Assembly: GCA_043797125.1 (NCBI GenBank) | Contig: JAZDPX010000033.1 | Coordinates: forward strand, 98,527-162,526 | Length of the DNA stretch: 64,000 nucleotides | From: Candidatus Omnitrophota bacterium | Lineage (GTDB): Bacteria; Omnitrophota; Gorgyraeia; JABMRG01; JAFGKX01 | Direction of reading: 5' to 3' | In this document: positions 9,584 to 20,064 of the stretch, piece by piece | Numbering within the stretch: position 1 is the first letter of the stretch | How the letters are laid out: every line of letters begins with the position of its first letter | Position numbers and translations under genes: made by a program | The notes under the pieces: generated by a model | The model's input: the letters and a program-made list of their open reading frames with translations, nothing else | The model's database searches: none | What the model was told of the DNA's origin: nothing

Positions 9584-10987
9584 TCACCACCTTGTTTTTA
9601 TGAAGGCCTTTGCGTGGCCCGCAAAAGTCCCTCTATATATTGTTTTCAGCGCCATGGACAGAATATAATTAAGCCTAAAATAATATTTTTTGTGCGAAAA
9701 TATATAAAATTGATCAATAGTGTCCCAGCTAAGAACATCGTGCTCATAGATATGTTTGGGCGAAACAGCAAAATTGTACTTACTCCAATCTTTAGTCTTT
9801 ATCCTTTTCTGGCTGTTAAGAGTATCGAACAACGCAGTGCCGGGATACGGAATTAGGATAGCAAACTTCACGTAATCCGGATTCAGTTTCAATGCAAAGT
9901 CTATGGACTTTTTAATATCATCCTCGGTCTCTGTCGGGCTGCCTAAAACAAAATAGCACTCGGTCTCAAGGCCCGCCTTTTTTGCCAGAGACACTGCGCG
10001 CTGGGCATGATCAAGCGTAATGCCTTTATGCAAAACATCCAGAATTCTCTGAGAACCTGATTCTATACCAAACGGGACACGATAGCAACCGGCCTTTTTC
10101 ATTGCCTTAAATAAATCCAGGCTTACCGTGTCAACTCGCAGCCCGCCGCGGGTATACCAGCATAATTTTAAATCTCTTTTGATAATCAGCTCGCAAATCT
10201 CACAGGCCCTTTTTATGTTCGCGTTAAATACATCATCTATTATCTGCATCTCCATATAGCCTAACCTGCGCATCCTATCCATCTCATCAACTACCCTTTC
10301 AGGCGACTTATATCTGATGCGGGAGCCGTGTATATTTTTATTGCAGAAAATACATTTTCCGTAACAGCCGCGCGATGTTTCAAAATACCCGACAGGCCCT
10401 TTTCTGCTTGAAATATTCGGAAGATTATATTTTTTAATATCAAGCAGCTGATACGCCGGAAAAGGCAACTGGTCTAAATCGTTAATAATCTCGCAATCTG
10501 CGTGCGACGCTATTATGCTGCCGTTTTGTTTAAAATAAATATTAGCGATTGTGGGGACAAGCCCTTCCTCCGCTATCCTCTTAACCGTAAAATCCCCTTC
10601 CCCCGCGGCCACGCAATCTATACTGCTTTCATTAAGAACCTCGGCGGGCATAGCCGAGGCATGAGCTCCTCCAACTATAACAATCGTTTTATCATTATTC
10701 TGTTTAACCATGTCGGCGATATCGTACGCCTTTTTTATGGTAGCGGTCGTAGCTGTTATACCGACGATATCCGGCTTAAAATCTCTAAGTTTTTTTGCCA
10801 AAGTCTCGGCGCCTTTATTATCAGAGTTAAGGTCAAGAAGTTCAACAGCGTGCCCGCTTGCCACGGATGGGGTGGCAGCGCAGATTAAACCTAAAGGCGT
10901 TATGTTACGCGAAAGCGCGGCTCTGGCTTTTGATTTATCAAAAACATCGTCAAAATAATTCGGGTTAACAAATAATATCTTTTTCAT
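9584..10987 (-). CDS. B12-binding domain radical SAM protein
   Basis: N-terminal cobalamin-binding Rossmann region plus radical-SAM CxxxCxxC 'SRGCYGKCIFCNK'. Confidence 0.85.
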   Translation of the reverse strand: MKKILFVNPNYFDDVFDKSKARAALSRNITPLGLICAATPSVASGHAVELLDLNSDNKGAETLAKKLRDFKPDIVGITATTATIKKAYDIADMVKQNNDKTIVIVGGAHASAMPAEVLNESSIDCVAAGEGDFTVKRIAEEGLVPTIANIYFKQNGSIIASHADCEIINDLDQLPFPAYQLLDIKKYNLPNISSRKGPVGYFETSRGCYGKCIFCNKNIHGSRIRYKSPERVVDEMDRMRRLGYMEMQIIDDVFNANIKRACEICELIIKRDLKLCWYTRGGLRVDTVSLDLFKAMKKAGCYRVPFGIESGSQRILDVLHKGITLDHAQRAVSLAKKAGLETECYFVLGSPTETEDDIKKSIDFALKLNPDYVKFAILIPYPGTALFDTLNSQKRIKTKDWSKYNFAVSPKHIYEHDVLSWDTIDQFYIFSHKKYYFRLNYILSMALKTIYRGTFAGHAKAFIKTRW

Positions 10988-12539
10988 GTGTCTGCTTTTC
11001 TTGGCCTTTCATCATCAGCATCGGCAAAAGCGCAAGCGAAAGATAGTTAACAAATTCAAGCGTATAACTGTAGCGTATAAGCGTAAAATTACTAAGCGAC
11101 GTAATAAGCCCTGAAAGTACCGCCGCAGAAACCATAACAAAAAGAATAAAAGCCCCCGTATGCGTAAACTTTGATGATAAAAGCACAAAAAAACTCAATA
11201 AAAATACCGCAAACATTATTACAGACCAAAAGGATTTTCTAAAAATAGGTTGCTGAATTTTCAGCCTAAAGTTGTCGTGTATTTCCTTAAGCAGGGTCTG
11301 CTTGCAGGCAACGCTTACTTGTCCGTTATCCGCTGTTTTGACTTCAAAAAATTTAAGAGGCCTCGGGTCATAATACTCCCTAAGCATGCCTCTTTTAAGC
11401 TCATCTGTAGGAGCTGACATATATCCTTTATCTATATACAGAAATTTATATCTCTGAGCCACTTCATCATAAAAGTCGGTATCATATTTCATATATAACC
11501 AGTGATAACGCGCCATATTGACAAGAAATAACTTAGTATAAACAGCCGGGTATTTCGCTATTGCGTCCTTGCTTATTCTTCTATACCAGTAACGTTGCTG
11601 TTTATCAGGCAGATCCTTTAATGCTTCGTGCAACGGGCCGAATACGAGGCTGTTGTCCCAATATTTCAATGTGCTGAATGCCCTATCAAGCTTAACAAGG
11701 TCCCATGAATTTAACAGAATGTCGCGGTCTTCGTAACTTACGCGGGATTTTACCTTTTCGATGGCGTAATTTAATTTCTGCGGGTATGCCCTGTCCGTGT
11801 CCAAAAATGTCGATGTTGTCAGCGTCATGGTTATCTCGCCAAAATTATTCAAGGCAAATGAATTAATAGTAAAATAATTATTAGCCATCAAAGCTACAAC
11901 AAGAACAGGCATAGGGATCATAAAGCCTATTATGCATTTAATATTAAACTTGTTTCTCAGCAGAAATAAAAAAGTGATTAAGCATATAGGAAGAAAAAGA
12001 ACTGCTGTCGGCCTTACGTATATGGATAATCCTATAAACACCGAACATAAAATAAAGTAAATTGGTTTTTTTAACCTGACCGCTAAAATAAAAAACGCAA
12101 AAGTCAGCAAGAGCAGATTTACGTATAAGCTTTCTGTTAGAGGTGTAGTGTCCATACTAATATGCAAAGAGCTTGATATAAAAGCGGCCAGCGCGACAGA
12201 TGTAAAAAATGTTAATTTCCGATACGTCCTAAACACCGAATAAACAAAGAAAAGCGCGGCAACAAGAGTAAGTATATTCTGCGCGGCTACAACAGCAAAT
12301 ATTTGATATGTGAACAAAAAAATAACATATAAAAAAAACGGAAATCCAGGCGTTCTGACATCAAAATGCGGGATTTGGTGGTGCGTCATCTGGTCTACTA
12401 AAACATAATACGAGCTGTAATCAGGCGTAATATCAGGCACGGGATAATAAAGAAAAAACGGTAAACGCGTAATTAAAAAAACGACAAAAATTATTAAAGA
12501 TGAAATTAAAAGAAGTGTTAATTGGTTTTTGTTAGACAT
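10965..12539 (-). CDS. Polytopic membrane protein (about 11 TM plus C-terminal soluble domain), paralog of 14316..15878; possible GT-C-type glycosyltransferase
   Basis: Shared N-terminal motif 'ITRLPFFLYYPVP..TPDY..YY.LVD....P.FD.RTPG(F/Y)P'. Confidence 0.4.
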   Translation of the reverse strand: MSNKNQLTLLLISSLIIFVVFLITRLPFFLYYPVPDITPDYSSYYVLVDQMTHHQIPHFDVRTPGFPFFLYVIFLFTYQIFAVVAAQNILTLVAALFFVYSVFRTYRKLTFFTSVALAAFISSSLHISMDTTPLTESLYVNLLLLTFAFFILAVRLKKPIYFILCSVFIGLSIYVRPTAVLFLPICLITFLFLLRNKFNIKCIIGFMIPMPVLVVALMANNYFTINSFALNNFGEITMTLTTSTFLDTDRAYPQKLNYAIEKVKSRVSYEDRDILLNSWDLVKLDRAFSTLKYWDNSLVFGPLHEALKDLPDKQQRYWYRRISKDAIAKYPAVYTKLFLVNMARYHWLYMKYDTDFYDEVAQRYKFLYIDKGYMSAPTDELKRGMLREYYDPRPLKFFEVKTADNGQVSVACKQTLLKEIHDNFRLKIQQPIFRKSFWSVIMFAVFLLSFFVLLSSKFTHTGAFILFVMVSAAVLSGLITSLSNFTLIRYSYTLEFVNYLSLALLPMLMMKGQEKQTHEKDIIC

Positions 12540-12588
12540 AAACTAACTCCTGGCTAATCAGCTACCCGCCGCAATTTCCTTACACTTG

Positions 12589-14319
12589 CTATCTGTGCTG
12601 TCCTTGTGATACGAATAGCCTCTTATCCAATAGTAAATAATCCAATTTACTTTTTAAAAAAGTCCTGATCGCATCCTCATAAGTATTAACGATTGGCTCT
12701 CCATGCAAATTAAAACTCGTGTTAATCAGCACCGAACAGCCTGTCAATTCCTTAAAATGCGTTAAAACGTTGTAGATGCTGCCGGTTTCAGGAAAAACGA
12801 TCTGGGGGCGTGTTGTATTGTCGACGTGGTTTGCCGCAGCCGCATGCTGCTGGAATAGCTTGTTGGTTCGACAAGTAATCGTCATGAATTCCATCGCAAA
12901 TTTTTTATTGCTAACATCATCAAAATATGCATCGACATCCTTATCTAAAATAATCGGGGCAAACGGCATAAATTCAGTCCGCATCAGCATCCGGTTTAAA
13001 GTAGTGTTTATCGCCCGGTTAAAAGGATTGCATATTATGGAACGATGGCACAATGCGCGCGGGCCGTATTCCATCCTTCCTTCGACAATGCCAACTATGC
13101 CGCCATTTTTAAGTATTTTCGCGGTATAATAAAAAATGTCGGCTCCTTCAAAAGATTTAATTTCGCAAAGTTTGTACGCACCAATGAGTTTGTCGATATC
13201 GCCGGATGGTTGCGGCCCAAGAAAGACATCCCGTATCTTAATATTTTTGTATTCCTTTCTAAGCATTGCCTTTTCTAGTGATGCACCGAACGCCAGGCCT
13301 CCGTCACCCATATTCGGATGAATATGCATTCCATCTATGAAACTAAGCTCTGAAATCTTCTGATTCAACAACACATTAGCAAAAATACCACCGGAAAGCA
13401 CAATATTAAACTTTGGCATATTAATCAGATTGCGCAAATAACTTATATAATCAATGATATTTACCTCCAAATGCTTCTGTACGCCAGCAGCAATGTCTTT
13501 TTTGCTGTAACCCGCTAAACACTTCCTAAGATAACGTATTTCTGGCTTGCTGTAATATCCTTTGTGCTGGAATAGCCCTTTTGTGTCGCTGAAAGAAAGG
13601 CGTTGATAAAATATAGGAAAAGTCTTTGTTGGGTCTCCAAAAGCCGCCAGACCAGTAACCTTGCCTTCATGCTCCATAGGCCTGAAATTAAGTAATTTAG
13701 TGGCATACCCATAGTAGTGGGCCGGGGATTTAAAAAAAACATTATCATAAATAATATCTTTACATCTGCCATAATTTTTAAAAAAGTATGCTTTTGAAGA
13801 AAAGCCGTCGCCCTGGGCGTCAAAACTTAACGCCAGTCCGTTTTCAAATCCAGAGGTATGAATAGCTGAATTAACATGACAGACATGATGATCAACGAAA
13901 TCAATTTTGCAATTAATGTCAAGCTTATTGATCTGCCTAAACACCATCCTTCTAAACATCATATTTGCCAGCCTGTTAATAACGCAGCGCATAAAAAATT
14001 TATTTTCAAACAGTTTCTTGCCTGCGTGACTGCGCAAAATAAAAGAAACTATTTCTCGCTTTAAACTGAATTTATCCCAATCCCAATCACGGCTACGAAT
14101 ATGTGTATGCGAAGCTACAGCTATTTCACCGATATCTGCAGGCTTTATACCCGCCTCCTTGATGACATATAAAATAGATGCCTTAGGAAATCCTGTATAT
14201 AGTTTTTGTCTGTTAAAGCGTTCCTCATTGGCAGCTGCGACGATTTCCCCTTTATCAGTCAGCAGCGCCGCTCCTGAATCGTGTTCACAGCTAATGCCAA
14301 GTATCATTTTTTTATTCAT
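12589..14319 (-). CDS. Carbamoyltransferase, NodU/CmcH family (second copy)
   Basis: 'MILGISCEHDSGAALLTDKGEIVAAANEERFNRQK' and C-terminal carbamoyltransferase domain. Confidence 0.85.
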   Translation of the reverse strand: MNKKMILGISCEHDSGAALLTDKGEIVAAANEERFNRQKLYTGFPKASILYVIKEAGIKPADIGEIAVASHTHIRSRDWDWDKFSLKREIVSFILRSHAGKKLFENKFFMRCVINRLANMMFRRMVFRQINKLDINCKIDFVDHHVCHVNSAIHTSGFENGLALSFDAQGDGFSSKAYFFKNYGRCKDIIYDNVFFKSPAHYYGYATKLLNFRPMEHEGKVTGLAAFGDPTKTFPIFYQRLSFSDTKGLFQHKGYYSKPEIRYLRKCLAGYSKKDIAAGVQKHLEVNIIDYISYLRNLINMPKFNIVLSGGIFANVLLNQKISELSFIDGMHIHPNMGDGGLAFGASLEKAMLRKEYKNIKIRDVFLGPQPSGDIDKLIGAYKLCEIKSFEGADIFYYTAKILKNGGIVGIVEGRMEYGPRALCHRSIICNPFNRAINTTLNRMLMRTEFMPFAPIILDKDVDAYFDDVSNKKFAMEFMTITCRTNKLFQQHAAAANHVDNTTRPQIVFPETGSIYNVLTHFKELTGCSVLINTSFNLHGEPIVNTYEDAIRTFLKSKLDYLLLDKRLFVSQGQHR

Positions 14320-15878
14320 TGGTATTTTTTTGTGTTAATAAAAAGCGTTGGAAATAACGCTATTGTTATATAATAGATAAATTCCGTTGTGTAACTATAT
14401 CTTACTAGGGTAAAATTAGCAATGCTCGTCAGCAAACCTGCGCAAAACAGGCTGAATGTAAAACAGAACAAGATAAATGCGTTTAAGTCTCTAAAGCGGG
14501 AGTAAAGACATAAACACGTGCTGATTATAAACACAATACCTGTAAGCAGCGGCCAGAAAGCTTTTCTAAATAACGGATATTGTATATGGCTAACATACCA
14601 AAGGTGCGCTTGCTGCATTGGCAGCGATTTGCACTTAACGCTTGCGCCGCCGTCTTCTGTGTGCATAACTTCCATAGTGCTCAGCAAGGATGGGTTAAAA
14701 TATTCTCTAAGCAAACCCCGCCTCAAATGTTCGGGTGATTTTGATTGATAATTTTTATCAATATACAGCAACTTATAGCGGTTGCTTATCTCGGTGTAGA
14801 GATTGTAATCGAATGTGCTATAGGTGTAAAAATATCGCATTAAATTTGTTAATACCAATTTTATATATACATCAAAGTTTTTTCTGATAGCGTCGCGGTA
14901 AATCCTGCGGTAAATAAGCTTTGCCTCATCCTCAGGCATATCTTCCGTCGCCTCAGCCAGCGGCTTGAAAACAGACGAGTTATCCCAATATTTCAGCGTA
15001 TTTATCCTCATATTAAAATCAATTAAATCCCACGAATGTTTCATTGCGTATCTGTCTTGGGCTGCAACCCGGTCGCGTATTTTGTTTATAGCCTCGTTCA
15101 TTGGTTTAGGATATTGTGAATCGGTTTCCAAAAACGTTGAGGTTGTCAGAACCATCGCGGATTCTCCGAAAAGATTTACCGCAAAAACCTTCGTTGTAAA
15201 GAAATTGTACGCCGACAGCGATAAAACCATGATTAAAACCGGCATGACAAAACACAGAATGGACTTTGTACAATAGCTATTCCATATAATATAAAGGATC
15301 ATGATAAGAAAAACCGGGATTAAAAATAACCCCGATGGGCGTATATATATAATGCATCCTGCAAATAATGAACTGAATAAAAAAAATATTTTTTTCCTTG
15401 AATGCAGCGCTAAAACAATAAAAGCGAAAAATAATATAAGGCAGTTAACATAAAGACTCTCACTTAAAAGCGTGGTATCGGAATCCACGTGCAGGCCGCT
15501 TGAGATAAAAGCGGCAAGAGCGATTGACACGGCTAAAGAAATATATTTATAAGTCTTCCAGATTGCATATATAAAAACGGCTAATGATACAAACGTAATA
15601 ACATTCTGAATAAATATAACGGCAATAAGGTTTGGAATAAAAAATAAAATAAGCGATAGAAATAGCGGATAACCCGGCGTGCGTGCGTCAAAAACGGGTA
15701 ATGACCCGTTAAGAATCTTATCTACAAGCGCATAATAACCTGCATAGTCCGGCGTAAAGCTCGGTACCGGATAATACAGAAAAAACGGTAAACGCGTAAT
15801 TAAAAAAGCCGCCAGTATAACAATACAGGAAATTACAAAAAATAGCACCTCTGTTGCTGTATATTGCGCCTTATTCAT
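14316..15878 (-). CDS. Polytopic membrane protein, paralog of 10965..12539
   Basis: Near-identical N-terminal motif; same module position next to a carbamoyltransferase. Confidence 0.4.
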   Translation of the reverse strand: MNKAQYTATEVLFFVISCIVILAAFLITRLPFFLYYPVPSFTPDYAGYYALVDKILNGSLPVFDARTPGYPLFLSLILFFIPNLIAVIFIQNVITFVSLAVFIYAIWKTYKYISLAVSIALAAFISSGLHVDSDTTLLSESLYVNCLILFFAFIVLALHSRKKIFFLFSSLFAGCIIYIRPSGLFLIPVFLIMILYIIWNSYCTKSILCFVMPVLIMVLSLSAYNFFTTKVFAVNLFGESAMVLTTSTFLETDSQYPKPMNEAINKIRDRVAAQDRYAMKHSWDLIDFNMRINTLKYWDNSSVFKPLAEATEDMPEDEAKLIYRRIYRDAIRKNFDVYIKLVLTNLMRYFYTYSTFDYNLYTEISNRYKLLYIDKNYQSKSPEHLRRGLLREYFNPSLLSTMEVMHTEDGGASVKCKSLPMQQAHLWYVSHIQYPLFRKAFWPLLTGIVFIISTCLCLYSRFRDLNAFILFCFTFSLFCAGLLTSIANFTLVRYSYTTEFIYYITIALFPTLFINTKKYQ

Positions 15879-15909
15879 TTTGCGTATCCATCATTTGTTA
15901 AGCGTGAAA

Positions 15910-17982
15910 TTATTTTCTTTCATAAACCTCAAAATAAAACGGTGACCAAACCCCGGCTGTCGCGGCTGTAGACATAAGCCTATTGATATAAAAATGATAT
16001 ATTTTTTCTACAAAATCTATATTTTGAAAAGGCGCTGATTCGAAACGCCGTATTTTTACATACCCGCGATTCACCAAAACCTTTCTTAAGCGCTCTATAT
16101 CAACGTCTTTTTCTTGCGCGAAATAAGCGTCATGGCTCGAAATTATCCAGTAATCAGCGTTATCACCCGTTACCAGGCTTGTCGTTTTCTCGTCGTCAGT
16201 AAGCATGCTGTATCTTTCTCCTGCCTTATTGCAATCAACGTCGCTCTGGGCTCTGTCCATGATCTGCGGATAAAACGGATACCACCAGTAGATAGGATGG
16301 CGAATAACCGATATCTTTTTATCTTTAGGTATGCTTTGACTTATAAACTGCTGGGTCATATATTTTGGGGAATAATGTGTCGTAAAAATCACAAACGAAA
16401 CCCCTGCTAAGGTAATTTCTACACACCAAACACAGACCAGCAATACTTTTATGACTTTACCTACCCTGTATTTTACAAATTTATCAACAAAATTAATAAT
16501 GCCCCAAAGGGCATATACAGAACAACATATAAGAACACCTATAAGAAGCGTGTTTCTTGTCATTGCCCCGTGGTCATTAAGCATCACCTGCGTCGAAAAA
16601 GTTTGCGCTACGACAAGCAACAGCCATAACGCACCGGCAATCTGCTCTAAGGATCTGTTCTTAATCGCCAAAAATAGAAATATAATCAAGCCAAGTGTTC
16701 CGAAAACTGCGTTAACATAGCCTATGTTCGGGATTAAAATAATGTTGTATAGCATATCGAACCGGCGCATTATACCAAAAGATAAAGAAAACTGAGGGAA
16801 ATTGCCCTTTACTACGGAATTAAAAATACCTATAAATCCAGCTGCATCAAAACAAAAACTTCTATAAATAAAAGCGACATAAAGCGCTACTGCCAAAGCA
16901 AGTATGCAGACAGCTTGAAAAATAAAGGTCAAATGCCAGAAGAATTTGCGCTTCCATATAAAAACCCTGTATTTGAAAACTAACGCCACAACAACAAACG
17001 CCAGCAAGGCAATAACGCTATGAAATATCCACTTTGTGGCCAATAAAAGTCCTAAAAGCAGCCCGCACAGCGCCGTAGCCGCAATAAACTTCCGCGCAGC
17101 TTCTGCGGAAAAGCTCTCGTAGTTGCGCATATTATAATTATCCGCGAAAAGCGAGGCCTTCTTTGCAAAATCAATAACACCTAGAACGCAGCCGACAAGC
17201 AAAGCATCAGCCAAAAAATTATAAGTTACAGCGCTTCCCATAAAAATATGGGCTGGCGTCATGGCCAGCAAAAACAAAATCACAAAATACGGCCAGTGTT
17301 TTTTGTCACGGAAAATATAATATCTGGCAAGCGTTATAAGCAAAACTGCGAAAAGAATATTAAAGACAGGGCTCGCAAACCTGGCAAATTCCAGAAACGT
17401 ATTAACCGAAGGCTGCGGGCTGTAACCTGTATGCGAGACAAGCCAATACATACAAAGGCCCGAGATACCCAGAAGAACGCTGGGAAAAGGGTAAAATCCG
17501 GATACCCCTGTCGCGCAAGAGCCGGCCCACATTTCTCTTAGCCAGTCCGTTATTAATTTAAAGGAAATTCTTGGATTTGACGCAAAATAATTATAACAGA
17601 CTGTTGAGAAGCGGTAAAAATGATTGATAAAAGACCCCCAGTCCGGATGATCGTTATTATACATTCCGTGCTGAAAACTAAGAACGCGCAATAAGACAAA
17701 GAAAATAACCAGGCAGAAAAATATTATCCGCATTAGCGCAGAGCCCTGCAGAAAACTAGGGCGCCGGTAAATAAATATCAAGATGCCCGCAACAGCAGTG
17801 TAAATAAACAGGCTGTATAGTTGAAAATTTATGGCTTTCGAATACGCAAACACACAAAATACCTTGCCTGCATCTTGCGGAATAAACTTAAGCAGGCAAT
17901 GCGCAGTTATCATAAACAACGCGAAAAAAACAGCGGCTAACGCAAATCTATGCTTCACTAACCTTTTAATGAAAATAATCAT
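15910..17982 (-). CDS. Large polytopic membrane protein (690 aa, >12 TM) with C-terminal soluble domain; function unknown
   Basis: Hydropathy read from the translation. Confidence 0.4.
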   Translation of the reverse strand: MIIFIKRLVKHRFALAAVFFALFMITAHCLLKFIPQDAGKVFCVFAYSKAINFQLYSLFIYTAVAGILIFIYRRPSFLQGSALMRIIFFCLVIFFVLLRVLSFQHGMYNNDHPDWGSFINHFYRFSTVCYNYFASNPRISFKLITDWLREMWAGSCATGVSGFYPFPSVLLGISGLCMYWLVSHTGYSPQPSVNTFLEFARFASPVFNILFAVLLITLARYYIFRDKKHWPYFVILFLLAMTPAHIFMGSAVTYNFLADALLVGCVLGVIDFAKKASLFADNYNMRNYESFSAEAARKFIAATALCGLLLGLLLATKWIFHSVIALLAFVVVALVFKYRVFIWKRKFFWHLTFIFQAVCILALAVALYVAFIYRSFCFDAAGFIGIFNSVVKGNFPQFSLSFGIMRRFDMLYNIILIPNIGYVNAVFGTLGLIIFLFLAIKNRSLEQIAGALWLLLVVAQTFSTQVMLNDHGAMTRNTLLIGVLICCSVYALWGIINFVDKFVKYRVGKVIKVLLVCVWCVEITLAGVSFVIFTTHYSPKYMTQQFISQSIPKDKKISVIRHPIYWWYPFYPQIMDRAQSDVDCNKAGERYSMLTDDEKTTSLVTGDNADYWIISSHDAYFAQEKDVDIERLRKVLVNRGYVKIRRFESAPFQNIDFVEKIYHFYINRLMSTAATAGVWSPFYFEVYERK

Positions 17983-17994
17983 ATTGCCGTATCC

Positions 17995-20064
17995 TTACTT
18001 TTTTAGCACAAAAAGACTATTTAAGCCATATACAAACTTTTTATGGCTTTCAAGCGTAAAACCGGCGTCTTCTGCCAGTTTGCGCATCATCTTTTTTGAA
18101 ATACCCCACACTTCCTTATCCTCAATATTTCTGCCTGTAGTATGCTGATCGGGATCACCCCAGAACCTCCATAGCACGCGGTGGCCAAACCAGCCTATAA
18201 AAGGTGAAAGCATCGTAATAAGCACAATGCCTTCGTCTTTAAGAAGCCTCTTTGCCTCCTGCAACGCGACAGCGCGATCTGTTATGTGATTAAGGCTTCC
18301 CACAAAAGAAATTGAATCAAAAGAACTTTTCTTTAACGGTAATTCTTTAGAGGCATCCGCTATAATATCGGCCTCGCTGGCTAATATCTTATCCAGGCCA
18401 TAGCCTTCTTGATTTTCAAGCCGGTACATTTTGATAACGGAATTATCGCCGCAGCCTATATCAAGCGCCAAGCCCCTTAAGCGATCTACGACAATGGCGT
18501 ATCTCTCCTTTGAAAGCGCGGTAAGGCCAAGATAGCTCTGAAACGCAAGCTCATTATTAGGAAAAAGCGCGCGAACCGGGAAAAATAGAAAATCCATGAG
18601 GCCCTGCATAAATGTTTTGCCGCGTTTCGGCGCAACACCGGCTTTGGTAAAAACAAGCAACAGAAAACCAAGTACGCAGCGTTTTAAAGACGCGAAGGAA
18701 TTAATGCTTTTAATAAACCTAAATATCACCCGCAAACGCATGTAAAAACTTCTTATTGCATAGCGCTGCAAACGCTTCAGCTCTTCTTGGGTTCTGCCTT
18801 TTTCAACAAACGGCAGCGTACCTTGCGTCCAGCCTCCCTGAGTCTTGTAATCGCTCCAGGAAAATGAGCGTATCTTGCCTTCATTTTTTAATTCCTCAAA
18901 CAGCGGCGTGCCTGGATATGGTATGGTAATGGTAAACTGCGCCCAGTCAGAATCAAGTTTCTTAGCAAAATCTATAGTCTGCAACGAATCACTCGCGTCT
19001 TCCGAAGGCAAGCCCAACATATAAAAAGCCCTTATGGAGATACCGGCTTTTTTTATTAGTTTTGCCTTTTCCATAATAAGCGCCGTAGTCTCTTTTTTTT
19101 GTATTCTGTTAAGCAGCCTATCTACGCCGCTTTCAACGCCTAATGATATCTGCCAGCATCCGGCCTGCTTCATCGCTGCGAGGATTTCTTCATCCAGAGT
19201 ATCTGCCCTGCTCTCACATGTCCAGCGGACTTTTTTGTTAAGGCCGCTGTCTTTTAAGGCTGCGCACAAGGCAATCACAAAATTTTTGTCTATTGTTAAA
19301 GTATCTGCCTCAAGATTTATCTGAGTCGCATTATATCTGCTGACAAGTAAATTTATTTCGGATATTATCCTTTCCGGTGAATGATGGCGGAATGTCCTGC
19401 CCAACGGATGCGAACAGTAAGAACAGCTAAAGGGGCATCCACGCGCAACAATGACTGTTCCGCAATATCCTGATTTTTTTAAGCGGGTGGCGGTCAAAAA
19501 ATATTTACTCATAGGCAGAAGATCCCTGGCAGGCATGGGGATGTTATCAAGATTTCTTTCGAATTCGCGCGGCGGCGCAGCATACAGTGTTTTGCTGTCT
19601 TTAAAAAATATGCCGTTTACCGTCTTTGGGTCATTACCTAACTCAAGCGTATTAGCAAGTTCTCTTAAAGTTATCTCCGCTTCGCCCTTAACGACAAAAT
19701 CGCATTTTATATCGGTAAGCGTTTCAAAGGGGAGCGCGCTGGCATGGGCTCCGCCTATTATTATCCGTGTGCCTGGGGAATATTGCCTTATGGCGCCCGC
19801 CGTCGCTTTGACTTTATCATACGCAGGCGTAAGCATTGTTATGCCGGCAATGTCAAAAGAGTCGTTTTTAAGTTTTTGCGCGATTAACTGCGGCGTAAAG
19901 TTTTCCACAACAGCATCTATTATCTCAACCTTATGGCCGTCTGCTCTGACAGAGGACGCAAGATAAGCAAGGGCTAACGGTTCGGCATTGCCGCCAAAAT
20001 ACTTAAGTTTGCTGCCGTAACGCTCTTCAAGCGTATATGGGGGATTAATGAGCGCTATTTTCAT
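17995..20064 (-). CDS. B12-binding radical SAM protein fused to a C-terminal class I methyltransferase-like domain
   Basis: 'ARGCPFSCSYCSH' radical-SAM motif; N-terminal B12-binding region; C-term 'LALDIGCGDNSV...GYGLD'. Confidence 0.8.
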   Translation of the reverse strand: MKIALINPPYTLEERYGSKLKYFGGNAEPLALAYLASSVRADGHKVEIIDAVVENFTPQLIAQKLKNDSFDIAGITMLTPAYDKVKATAGAIRQYSPGTRIIIGGAHASALPFETLTDIKCDFVVKGEAEITLRELANTLELGNDPKTVNGIFFKDSKTLYAAPPREFERNLDNIPMPARDLLPMSKYFLTATRLKKSGYCGTVIVARGCPFSCSYCSHPLGRTFRHHSPERIISEINLLVSRYNATQINLEADTLTIDKNFVIALCAALKDSGLNKKVRWTCESRADTLDEEILAAMKQAGCWQISLGVESGVDRLLNRIQKKETTALIMEKAKLIKKAGISIRAFYMLGLPSEDASDSLQTIDFAKKLDSDWAQFTITIPYPGTPLFEELKNEGKIRSFSWSDYKTQGGWTQGTLPFVEKGRTQEELKRLQRYAIRSFYMRLRVIFRFIKSINSFASLKRCVLGFLLLVFTKAGVAPKRGKTFMQGLMDFLFFPVRALFPNNELAFQSYLGLTALSKERYAIVVDRLRGLALDIGCGDNSVIKMYRLENQEGYGLDKILASEADIIADASKELPLKKSSFDSISFVGSLNHITDRAVALQEAKRLLKDEGIVLITMLSPFIGWFGHRVLWRFWGDPDQHTTGRNIEDKEVWGISKKMMRKLAEDAGFTLESHKKFVYGLNSLFVLKK